This document shows, in pieces, positions 16,254 through 23,925 of a stretch of 34,076 bases of DNA. Position numbers and translations under genes: made by a program. This DNA is from a virus. Taxonomy: Duplodnaviria; Caudoviricetes. The notes beneath the pieces are model-generated. The model saw only the letters and a program-made list of their open reading frames with translations, was not told the origin of the DNA and did not search any database. The stretch spans positions 1 to 34,076 of IMG/VR virus record IMGVR_UViG_3300049170_000123. One strand, written 5' to 3'. The first letter of the stretch is position 1. Each line of letters begins with the position of its first letter.

Positions 16254-18239
16254 TCACAGGTTGAATTGCAGGACGCACTCGCACCCGGCGACCTCGTCGG
16301 GGCCCAGCGTGTGGTCGTGCGGCCAGCGGCCGGTCCGGTCTCCGATGGTGAACTCCTCATCGATGCCCACGGTCTGCCCGTGCGCCTGGGCGTGGGACTC
16401 GCGCGAGTCGGGGCTGGTGGTGATCCACGTCTTGGTGACCGCCCCGGCACCGCGCGCCCCCTCGTGCCGGGCGAAGTTCGTGGTGGCGTCGACCAGAGCG
16501 GCGGCCAGCACCGCGGCCCGGGACTGGCTCATCTGCCCGAACATGTTCCGGATCGCCGAGGGGATCTCCACCCCTTCGGCCTGGGCGGCCGCGATGGTGG
16601 TGGCCACGCTCGCCGCCGTGGTGGCCTGGATCGCGGTGGCCATCCCCCGGGCCTGCTCCAGCAGGTAGGGCAGAGCGCGGCGTGCGTCCCAGGACCCGCC
16701 GAGCGCCTGAGCGATCACGGACCCCACCTCGGCGGACAGCTCCGTGGACAGGTCGGCCAGCGCCGAGGCCAGCCACTCGTCGTCCCACTGCCCGCGCGCG
16801 ATCAGCTCCAGGACGCCGTCCAGCACGATCTCGTCCACCGCCCGGGTGGAGCGGGTGCCCTCGTTGGCGTAGGCGGCGGCGATGTCGTCGGCCTGCCCGG
16901 CGAAGGCCTCCTCGAAGACCTCGCGGAAGCGGCGCGTCCACACGGGCAGCTCCTTGGACGGGGCGACGGTGGGCGCGGTCAGGGCACGCACCTGCCGGGC
17001 CCGCTGGGCGGGAGGCGTGGTGCTCCCTGCGGGGACCATGTTCAGCGGCTGGAGGTAGACGTCCCCGCTCTCGCCGATGGGGTCCTCGTCCTCCTTGCGG
17101 CGGATGTCGTTGGTGGACAGCCATCCCCACTGGCGGCCCTGGGCGTAGGCGGCGTACCGGGCGGTGATGTCGCCCCTGACCAAGCCGTTGACGTTGAACT
17201 TCAGGTACACCTCATCGCCGCCCACCCCCTGGCCGTCGCCGGTGGCGAACAGCTTGGCGGTGGTGGCCCGCTCCAGGCGGGACAGGTAGGGCATCAGCGA
17301 GTAGATGACGTACCCGAGGGACTGCTGCTCGATCCCGCTGCCCCAGCTGGTGGAGCGGTCGACGTCGCCGATCATGTGCGGGGGCACCCCGTAGATTCCG
17401 GCGATGTCGGCGCGGGTCAGCTTGTAGGTGTCCAAGAACGCGGCGTCCACCGGCGACAGGGTGGTGTTCTCCCACTTCGCGCCGCCCTCCAGCAGCGCCA
17501 GGTGGTGGGCCTTGTCGAACCCCTCGTGCAGGGACCGCCACTGCTGGGTGAGCCTCTCGTACTGGTCGTCGGTGAGCGACCCGGGCACGGACACGATCCC
17601 GCCCGGGGAGGCGTCGCGGGCGAAGAACCCGCCGATGTAGCTCATCGCGGCGAACGAAATGCCGACCTGCTGGCGGGCCATCCCGATCGGGGACAGGCCC
17701 TCGGTGCCCAGGCCGAACGCCCGGTAGTGCAGCATGTTCTCCGCGCGCACCAGCCCGCCCGGCTCACGGATGGGCGCCCACTCCTCCAGGCCGTCCACCT
17801 GGGCCTGGTAGACCAGGCGGCCGGAGTCGGCGCGCTTGACCTCCACCGAGGTCGGGGAGATGGGCCACAGCCCGATCGGGATCCCGGCGCCGTTGCGCTC
17901 GACGTAGGCGTAGGCGTTACCGCGGATGCCCATCCACGCCACGATGGTGCGCCAGAACTCCCCGGCGTCGATGTCGGGGTTGGGGGCGTCGGTGAGCAGG
18001 CGGCGCACCGGGTGGTCCTCCACCCGCTCGCGGCCCTGGTCGGTGCGCCGGTACAGGGCGCACGGCAGCATGCCCGCGGACTCCGAGAGCAGGCGCACGC
18101 ACGAGTAGACGGCGGCGATCTGGAGGGCGCGTTCGGGGTCGACGGTGACGTCGGCGGAGGTTCCGCGCCCGGTCAGCATCGGCAGGGACTTGCGGCCCCG
18201 CTTCTGGAAACCGCCCAGCAGGTTGCGCAGGATCGGCAT
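16254..18239 (-). CDS. HK97-family portal protein fused to a C-terminal phage Mu F-like minor head domain (661 aa)
   Basis: ALQIAAVYSCVRLLSE, GNAY, GLSPI, IAGIYGVPPHMIG, NDIRRKED portal motifs in the first ~410 aa; KTWITT.PDSRESHAQAHGQ......F.IG....WPHD.......AGCEC MuF-like motif at the end. Confidence 0.9.
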   Translation of the reverse strand: MPILRNLLGGFQKRGRKSLPMLTGRGTSADVTVDPERALQIAAVYSCVRLLSESAGMLPCALYRRTDQGRERVEDHPVRRLLTDAPNPDIDAGEFWRTIVAWMGIRGNAYAYVERNGAGIPIGLWPISPTSVEVKRADSGRLVYQAQVDGLEEWAPIREPGGLVRAENMLHYRAFGLGTEGLSPIGMARQQVGISFAAMSYIGGFFARDASPGGIVSVPGSLTDDQYERLTQQWRSLHEGFDKAHHLALLEGGAKWENTTLSPVDAAFLDTYKLTRADIAGIYGVPPHMIGDVDRSTSWGSGIEQQSLGYVIYSLMPYLSRLERATTAKLFATGDGQGVGGDEVYLKFNVNGLVRGDITARYAAYAQGRQWGWLSTNDIRRKEDEDPIGESGDVYLQPLNMVPAGSTTPPAQRARQVRALTAPTVAPSKELPVWTRRFREVFEEAFAGQADDIAAAYANEGTRSTRAVDEIVLDGVLELIARGQWDDEWLASALADLSTELSAEVGSVIAQALGGSWDARRALPYLLEQARGMATAIQATTAASVATTIAAAQAEGVEIPSAIRNMFGQMSQSRAAVLAAALVDATTNFARHEGARGAGAVTKTWITTSPDSRESHAQAHGQTVGIDEEFTIGDRTGRWPHDHTLGPDEVAGCECVLQFNL

Positions 18240-18416
18240 CTACCTACCTCCGATCCGCACGTTGCCCGCGATGAGTAGGACCGTGCCGAGCACGGCCAGG
18301 CCCAGGGCCAGGGACAGGGTGAAGGCCGCCGCCGTCAGGGCCACCGCCCCGGCCGCCTCGCAGGCGAGCTGTGCGGCGGCGACGCGGCCGGGCCGGTGGG
18401 TGGGGTGCACTCTCAT
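18240..18416 (-). CDS. Small membrane protein between terminase and portal (58 aa)
   Basis: Hydrophobic C-terminal half; ATGA overlap with terL; ends on the portal RBS. Confidence 0.7.
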   Translation of the reverse strand: MRVHPTHRPGRVAAAQLACEAAGAVALTAAAFTLSLALGLAVLGTVLLIAGNVRIGGR

Positions 18417-20173
18417 CCTCCGATGACGCGGATACGGGGCTCGGGCGTGGACTCGGTGCCTACGCGGAGCAGGTGCTGGCCCAGGGCGTTGAGCGCGGCC
18501 GGGAACCCGTCGATGCGTTTGCTGCTGGTCATGCGGTCGGGCTTGACCGGCTTGATGTTGCCCGAGTCGTCCTGGCGGATCTCGACGCAGTCGGCCATCC
18601 ACCGCATGACGGGATGGCCACCGTGCTCCAGGCGGTGACTCGCGATCAGGCGCTCCAGCTCCTTCGCGGGCGGGCTCATGCCGACGTAGCCCTGGCCGAC
18701 CGGCTCCACGTGGAATCCGGCGTCCTGGATCTCCAGCACGGTCTCGGTGGCGTTCCACCGGTCATAGCCCAGCGCCCGGATCTGGAACTTGGGCGCCAGC
18801 TCCTCGGTGAAGAAGCTGCGGATGGCCCGGTAGTCGACCACGTTGCCTTCGGTCAGCCGTAGCAGCGGACCCATCGGCCCGGCCGTCTTGGCCCACGTGG
18901 ACAGCGGCACCTTCAGCCGCCGCTCCAGGGTGGCCACATTGTCCTCGGGCAGCCAGAAGAACGGCAACAGGACGTGGGTGCCGCGGTGCGGGTCGTCGGC
19001 GGGCGGGAACCACAGCACGAGCGCGGTCAGGTCGAACGTGGACGACAGGTCGAGCCCGGCGTAGCACTCCCGCCCTTCCAGGTTGGCGGTGGTGATGATG
19101 CCGCCTCCGGCGTCCCATTGGGCCAGGTCCAGCCAGCGGGTGGTCTGCTTCGTGCGCACGTTCAGGTGTAGGCGCAGGTACCGGTTGAGCTGGCGCGAAC
19201 TGCGCTTGGCTTCGTCGGCCTTGGCCTTGAGGTAGTCGGCCATGACCGTCACCCCGTAGCCGGGGTTGGCCGCGCGCAGCGACTCCTCGGAGAAGGCGTC
19301 GAAACCCTCGGCGGAGTCGTCGGCACCGAACACCACGCCCCACGTGGTGGGGTCGGTGGCATGCCCACCGGCGAGGGTCTCCACGTCCTCGCGCTTGGTG
19401 TTGTAGACCGTGTCCCCGGCGCCGTCGTCCGCCGTGGTGATGAACACGATCAGCGGCTGCTCGCGCGCACCCACGCCGGTCTCCAGGGCGTCGATGACGT
19501 CCGGGTTCTTGTGGACGTGCACCTCATCAATCACGCCACCGTGCACGTTCAGGCCATGCGCGCGAAGGCCTTCGGAGGACAGGGCCCGGAAGATCGAGTT
19601 GGTGCCCGGGTGCTCCAACAGCTTGCGCTGGATCCCGCGCTTGCCCAGCTTCTTCGCCAGCGGCTTGCACGCGCGCGCCATGTTCGCCGCGGCCCGGAAG
19701 ACGATGTTGGCCTGGTCGCGGTCACCGGCGGCGGCGTAGACCTCCGCGCCCGGCTCGCGGTCGGCCGCGAACAGGTACAGGGCCAGGCCGCTGCACAACG
19801 TGCTCTTGCCGTTCTTGCGGGGGATCTCGAACCACACGGTGCGGATGATCCGGCGGCCGTCCGGGTGCTTGAGCCCGAACACCGGCGCGATCAGGAACCG
19901 CACCTGCCAGTCCTGGAGAACGAAGCGGGCCCCGGCGTGGCGGCCGATGAGCTGGCGCAGCATCGCGAAGAAGCGCAGGACCCGCTCCACCGCGGCCGCG
20001 TCGAACCACACCCCGGGCACCCGGTAGGGCAGCGGCGTGCAGATCAGCGGACGCCCGCCCTCGGCCAGCCACTGTGAGGACTCCACCAGCCCGGCCTGGG
20101 CCCAGGCGTCAATGGAGGCGTCGATCTCGGACCACAGCTTGTCCTCAGTCGAGGATGTCGTCCCCCTCGTCAT
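18413..20173 (-). CDS. terL: Terminase large subunit (586 aa)
   Basis: Walker A EIPRKNGKST, Walker B GVIDEVH, coupling motif ITTA, nuclease GLDLSSTFDLTA, C-terminal KRIDG. Confidence 0.96.
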   Translation of the reverse strand: MTRGTTSSTEDKLWSEIDASIDAWAQAGLVESSQWLAEGGRPLICTPLPYRVPGVWFDAAAVERVLRFFAMLRQLIGRHAGARFVLQDWQVRFLIAPVFGLKHPDGRRIIRTVWFEIPRKNGKSTLCSGLALYLFAADREPGAEVYAAAGDRDQANIVFRAAANMARACKPLAKKLGKRGIQRKLLEHPGTNSIFRALSSEGLRAHGLNVHGGVIDEVHVHKNPDVIDALETGVGAREQPLIVFITTADDGAGDTVYNTKREDVETLAGGHATDPTTWGVVFGADDSAEGFDAFSEESLRAANPGYGVTVMADYLKAKADEAKRSSRQLNRYLRLHLNVRTKQTTRWLDLAQWDAGGGIITTANLEGRECYAGLDLSSTFDLTALVLWFPPADDPHRGTHVLLPFFWLPEDNVATLERRLKVPLSTWAKTAGPMGPLLRLTEGNVVDYRAIRSFFTEELAPKFQIRALGYDRWNATETVLEIQDAGFHVEPVGQGYVGMSPPAKELERLIASHRLEHGGHPVMRWMADCVEIRQDDSGNIKPVKPDRMTSSKRIDGFPAALNALGQHLLRVGTESTPEPRIRVIGG

Positions 20174-20600
20174 CGTCTTCCTCCGGGAGCGTCATGCGCA
20201 GCCGCGCGTTGGGTGACGTCCCCAGCTCCTTGGCCAGCGCCACCAGCTGGTTGGCGGCGTCGCGGTAGATCTGCCAGGCGGGGTTCTTCGTCGGCCCCCG
20301 GTCGGAGCGGTACTCCACGACCAGGCCGTGAGCCAACTCGTTGCGGGCCTCCACCCACTTGGACCACACGTCGCAGTACGCGGCCAGCACCGCCCGGTCC
20401 ACGCGCGCGAGGATGCCCAGCCGGTCCAGCTCGGGGACGATCCGTTTCCACTCGGCCTTGGCCTCCCGGTCCAGCCAGGTCGGCGGCGAGGGCGGGGCGG
20501 GGCGGGCCTTCACGGTCGGCGGGCTGGTGCGCTTGCCGGGGTTGCCGCGCAGGTTACGCACGTTGTCGGGCATGGACAGCGGGCCACGCGAGCCGGTCAC
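20145..20600 (-). CDS. terS: Terminase small subunit, P27 family (151 aa)
   Basis: LRGNPGKR, PPTWLD.EAKAEW.RI, LAAYC, KNPA, ELG.SP.AR; directly upstream of terL. Confidence 0.92.
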   Translation of the reverse strand: MTGSRGPLSMPDNVRNLRGNPGKRTSPPTVKARPAPPSPPTWLDREAKAEWKRIVPELDRLGILARVDRAVLAAYCDVWSKWVEARNELAHGLVVEYRSDRGPTKNPAWQIYRDAANQLVALAKELGTSPNARLRMTLPEEDDDEGDDILD

Positions 20601-20645
20601 GGGCGCTCACCCCCCGCCCTGTGGTCACGTTCGGTGAGGATCGCG

Positions 20646-20760
20646 TCCCCCAAAACCGGGGGAAACTCGCGATTTTGCGTGCTCGGCCACCCGCGCGGTC
20701 CGGGGCCCCTCGTTCCGGCGACTTTCGACACCCCCCTGACCTGCACAAACGCAAAAGGGC
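20646..20760. other. Probable cos packaging region
   Basis: Non-coding gap between HNH and terS, the usual cos location in HK97-like phages; inverted repeat TTTTGCGT (20673-20680) / ACGCAAAA (20749-20756); G6 run on the minus strand. Exact cut site not determinable. Confidence 0.5.
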
Positions 20761-20774
20761 GCGTGGAATGTCCG

Positions 20775-21563
20775 TTATGGGGTGATGTGGCGTGGGGTAG
20801 TGAACGCCAGCACCTCATCCGCCGCGTCCGGCTCGTAGGCCGCGAACCAGTTGCGCACGTACACCGACCACTCGGGCGGGCGCTCGGCCTGGGCGCGGGC
20901 GGCGCAGGTGTCCTCGTCGGGCAGCAGCAGCACGACGTGGGCGCCGCGCGCACGGTAGCGGTCGCGGTCGGCGGCCTTGGGTGCGGACAGGATGATCCAC
21001 GCCGCGCGCAGCGGGGAGCGTCGGGTGAACAGCCGCTCGACCACGGCGTCGCGGGCGTCGAACGCATACGGGCGCAGGAGGTCGGGTTGGTCGTGGTCGC
21101 CTGCTCCACCGAGGGCGGTGATGATCGCGTCGAAGTCCACGATGAGGTCGCCCGGCTTGGCGTGCTGGCGCACGTAGGTGTTCTTGCCCGCGCATGGCGG
21201 CCCGGCCACCAGGGTCACGTTCGAGGGCTTGGCGAAGGTCTCGCGGGCGGTCTTGCCGTCGTGGTGGGGCTTGCACATCGCCTGGAGGTTGGCCCGGTCG
21301 AACGCGAGCTGCTCGTCGCCGCGGTGCGGAATCTTGTGGTCGACCACGGTGGGCGGGCGGGTGCATCCGTGGGTCGCACAGACCGGTTCCTCGGACAGCA
21401 CCCGGTCGCGCAGGGGCGCCCACCGGGGGTCGGTGTAGACCCACCGCCATTCGGAGCGGCGCTTCAGGGCCGCGTCCTTGGGGCGCTTGCAGTCGATGCA
21501 GGTCCCGAACCCGTTGTGGAGGCGGCGGCATTCAGTGCACCGGGACTGGGGGCGGCGGGGCAT
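20775..21563 (-). CDS. HNH endonuclease fused to a P-loop NTPase/kinase-like domain (262 aa)
   Basis: VVDHKIPHRGD......NLQAMCKPHHDGKT HNH motif; then VTLVAGPPCAGKNTYV Walker A and LIVDFD; GGAGG RBS. Confidence 0.88.
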   Translation of the reverse strand: MPRRPQSRCTECRRLHNGFGTCIDCKRPKDAALKRRSEWRWVYTDPRWAPLRDRVLSEEPVCATHGCTRPPTVVDHKIPHRGDEQLAFDRANLQAMCKPHHDGKTARETFAKPSNVTLVAGPPCAGKNTYVRQHAKPGDLIVDFDAIITALGGAGDHDQPDLLRPYAFDARDAVVERLFTRRSPLRAAWIILSAPKAADRDRYRARGAHVVLLLPDEDTCAARAQAERPPEWSVYVRNWFAAYEPDAADEVLAFTTPRHITP

Positions 21564-21753
21564 GGGCACCTCCGTCCTGGTGGGTGCGGTAGGCGGCCAG
21601 GGCGTCGGCGTCGGCGATCATGCCGGTGTCAGCGCCGCATGGGCATGTGGTGCGGGACTGGCCGGTGGGGACGATGGTGACCCAGGCATGGCCGTCGGCG
21701 TCCAGGACGTGGCCGGTTTGGCGGAACTGGCGGGCGATGGAGGGGGCGTGCAC
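21532..21753 (-). CDS. Hypothetical protein (73 aa; H...CxCG...H possible zinc ligands)
   Basis: AGGAGG RBS before GTG; same GGAGGTGCCC(A/G)TG start context as the HNH gene. Confidence 0.6.
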   Translation of the reverse strand: MHAPSIARQFRQTGHVLDADGHAWVTIVPTGQSRTTCPCGADTGMIADADALAAYRTHQDGGAHAPPPPVPVH

Positions 21754-21780
21754 GGGCACCTCCTATCGCGTGGTGAAGGG

Positions 21781-21996
21781 TCAGCCGCGGTGCTGGATGC
21801 CGCGGTCGTCGCGGAGGCGGACCTGGAGGGACTCGACCAGGCCGAGGATGCCGAAGGCGGCGATGAGCGTGCACGGGACGGCAGCGGCGATCCACCAGCC
21901 GCCCAGGACGAAGGTCCAGGCGGCCAGGGCTCCGAAGATGGTGATGATCAGTGCGGCGACGGTGATGCCGTTGGGGTCTCGGCGGGGTGTGGTCAT
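21781..21996 (-). CDS. Small two-TM membrane protein (71 aa)
   Basis: ITVAALIITIFGALAAWTFVLGGWWIAAAVPCTLIAAFGILGLV hydrophobic hairpin with charged ends. Confidence 0.65.
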   Translation of the reverse strand: MTTPRRDPNGITVAALIITIFGALAAWTFVLGGWWIAAAVPCTLIAAFGILGLVESLQVRLRDDRGIQHRG

Positions 21997-22030
21997 GGGG
22001 TCATGATCTCCGATCAGGGGGTGTGAGAGT

Positions 22031-22187
22031 GCCCCGGCCGACCGGCACCCCCATGTCGGTCGGCCGGGGCTCGCCCTGCTCCACGCCAGTCGGCGCGCGG
22101 ACCCCCCAGTCGCGCGGCGGGGCGGTGGAGCGGGCGGTGCCCGTGCGGGGCCAGGCGGCATAAGCGGGCTGGCGCGGCATCGGGCAC
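22031..22187. ncRNA. Candidate structured RNA: three consecutive hairpins
   Basis: Perfect 14-bp stem 22031-22044/22057-22070; stem 22072-22084/22125-22136; stem 22137-22143/22181-22187 with inner GCCAG/CTGGC. No convincing ORF. Confidence 0.35.
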
Positions 22188-22290
22188 GTGAGGCGGGCGG
22201 CTGAGCGCGGACCGCCGAGCGGTTCTGGGCAACCTGCTATGGGGCTGTTGCGTCGTATGAGCACAAGCAGCACATGGCGAGGATCAGTTC

Positions 22291-22485
22291 ATGGCGGACA
22301 AGTTCGAATGCCCACGGTGCGGAGCCGAGAACAGCTTCACCGAGTTGGAGCACATCAAGGCGGGTCCCCAGGTCGTGGGGGTTCTGAGGACAGCTCAGGG
22401 CGTTGAGGACGACATCGAGTGGCGACCTGAATCCAAGAGGATCGCCTGCCGATGCGGGTGGGAAGGAGTGGTCCCGCTCCCGTAG
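22291..22485 (+). CDS. Small zinc-ribbon protein, antisense to the late operon (64 aa)
   Basis: FECPRCG...IACRCGWEG; followed by a strong hairpin at 22498-22530. Confidence 0.7.
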   Translation: MADKFECPRCGAENSFTELEHIKAGPQVVGVLRTAQGVEDDIEWRPESKRIACRCGWEGVVPLP

Positions 22486-22491
22486 CCACCC

Positions 22492-22530
22492 CATGACGAA
22501 GGCCCCGACCGCGTCCCGGTCGGGGCCTTC
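22492..22530. terminator. Bidirectional hairpin with CCTTCGTCATG tail on the minus strand
   Basis: Perfect 14-bp stem GAAGGCCCCGACCG / CGGTCGGGGCCTTC. Confidence 0.75.
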
Positions 22531-22592
22531 TGGCGTTTCCGCTGACCTGGGGTCGGAGGTGAACCTCGGGGGGCGAGTGCTCCCAGCCGGGC

Positions 22593-22633
22593 GGGCATGA
22601 CAAAAGGCCCCGCACCATCCGGTGTCGGGGCCT
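22593..22633 (-). terminator. Hairpin + CCTTTTGTCATGCCC element in the late leader
   Basis: AGGCCCCG-CACC / GGTG-T-CGGGGCCT stem followed on the minus strand by TTTGTCATGCCC. Confidence 0.65.
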
Positions 22634-22686
22634 CGAAGTCTTCGGTCCGGACATGGCTCTGCCGTCACAGCTTGTCCGTCATCACG

Positions 22687-22695
22687 AATGTACCA
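22687..22695 (-). promoter_or_regulatory. Candidate late promoter, extended -10 (TG-G-TACATT)
   Basis: Minus-strand TGGTACATT just downstream of the HTH gene and upstream of the packaging module. Confidence 0.45.
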
Positions 22696-22717
22696 CCCCG
22701 TAAGGGGCTTTGGCGAC

Positions 22718-22921
22718 TTACTCCTTACGGTGCTTCCAGTGGACGCGGCGGGCGGCTTCGCAGGCGAACACCTCCGACAGCCAGAACTTCGCGGGGCGCC
22801 CGCTGCCGGGGATGGGCTGGAGGTAGCCGCGGCGTTTCCAGGTGTCGATGGTGTCGCGGTCGACGTCGAGTTCGGCGGCGGCCTCGTTGGCGGTGACCTT
22901 GATGTCGCCCTGGTGGTTCAT
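22718..22921 (-). CDS. MerR-like HTH DNA-binding protein, probable late regulator (67 aa)
   Basis: VTANEAAAELDVDRDTIDTWKRRGYL.P......KFWLSEV; last gene before the late leader; ATGA overlap. Confidence 0.8.
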   Translation of the reverse strand: MNHQGDIKVTANEAAAELDVDRDTIDTWKRRGYLQPIPGSGRPAKFWLSEVFACEAARRVHWKHRKE

Positions 22922-23580
22922 GCGCTGATCCCTTCGGTGATGGTGTGCCACTGGGCGGCGTGCCACTGGTGGCGGCGCGGGGCGGCCTCGTCCCCGCACG
23001 GGCAGGTGTCGTCGTCGCACCGGCACGCGGTGTTGGAGCACGTGACGACGCCCCGGTCGGCGAGTTCGCGCAAGCTCTTTGCCCCGCAGTGCGGGCAGCG
23101 GGCGGTCAGCTTGCGGACTTCGCCGGAGTCACCGAGCGCCCACCGGGCCTTCGCACGCAGCCGATACGCCTCGGACAGGACGTGCGTCAGCAGGTCGTCG
23201 ACGGCGGCCACCTTCGGCAGCAGCTTCACAATCGCGCCGATCCGCCGGTTCGTGGTCGCGGCCGGGCGCATCTGCGGGGCGACCCGGTCGCGGACGGCCT
23301 CTTCGAGGTCGGCGATGTCGGTGTCGATGTCGCGGCGGGTCTGCATGACGGTGATGTCGCCGGGGGCGGGGGAAGCGCCGAGGGGCTTGATGCCTCGGGC
23401 GAGTTGGGTGAGGGCGTCGTGCCGTTCCAGGGTGTGGAGGCGTCCGGCGTCGGCGATGGCTTCGGGTGTGGGTCCCCAGCCGGTGGGGCGGTGGATGGGG
23501 TGGGTGGTGTCGCGCATGTCGGCGAGCAGCGACCGGAGGTCGTTGAGTGCGGCGTAGGCCTGGGTGGTGCGGTCGGTCAT
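22918..23580 (-). CDS. Helical protein with C-terminal zinc ribbon, probable late-transcription regulator partner (220 aa)
   Basis: RCPHCGAKSL.......VTCSNTACRC....CPC...HQW; position typical of actinophage late regulators. Confidence 0.7.
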   Translation of the reverse strand: MTDRTTQAYAALNDLRSLLADMRDTTHPIHRPTGWGPTPEAIADAGRLHTLERHDALTQLARGIKPLGASPAPGDITVMQTRRDIDTDIADLEEAVRDRVAPQMRPAATTNRRIGAIVKLLPKVAAVDDLLTHVLSEAYRLRAKARWALGDSGEVRKLTARCPHCGAKSLRELADRGVVTCSNTACRCDDDTCPCGDEAAPRRHQWHAAQWHTITEGISA

Positions 23581-23607
23581 GGTTCCCCCGTGGTGGTGCG
23601 GTGCCGA

Positions 23608-23634
23608 AGGGGTGGGCAGAACCCGCCCACCCCT
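23608..23634 (-). terminator. Intergenic hairpin
   Basis: Perfect 10-bp stem AGGGGTGGGC / GCCCACCCCT; minus-strand tail ...CCTTCGG. Confidence 0.55.
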
Positions 23635-23643
23635 GGCGGGTTG

Positions 23644-23925
23644 TTACTTCTGGCCGATGCCAAGGTCGTGTTCCAGCTCGGTGATGCGCGCATCCCGGGC
23701 GGCGAGCTTCTGCTTGAGCTGCCCCCGCGATTCGGGGGCCTTCCACATGACGAGCGTTCCGAGGGCCACAGCGGGCCACAGGAGCCCGATGGACAGGGCT
23801 AAGACACGGCTCACGACGATGTCGGACAGGTCGGGGGCCTCGCTTTCCAGCGCGTCGAGCATGCGAGGGGCGAGCCACCGGGCGGCCACGGCCGTCATGG
23901 CCAGGTAGGCGAGCACGTAGATCAC
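23644..23925 (-). CDS. Small membrane protein with coiled-coil tail (93 aa)
   Basis: Two hydrophobic segments including the LLWP motif; GTGA overlap with the upstream gene. Confidence 0.7.
   Translation of the reverse strand: MIYVLAYLAMTAVAARWLAPRMLDALESEAPDLSDIVVSRVLALSIGLLWPAVALGTLVMWKAPESRGQLKQKLAARDARITELEHDLGIGQK

Noticed and set aside
16266-18278. 670-aa + strand ORF antisense to the portal gene
   Set aside because: Codon-mirror of the portal gene; stop codons are rare in this frame at 70% GC.
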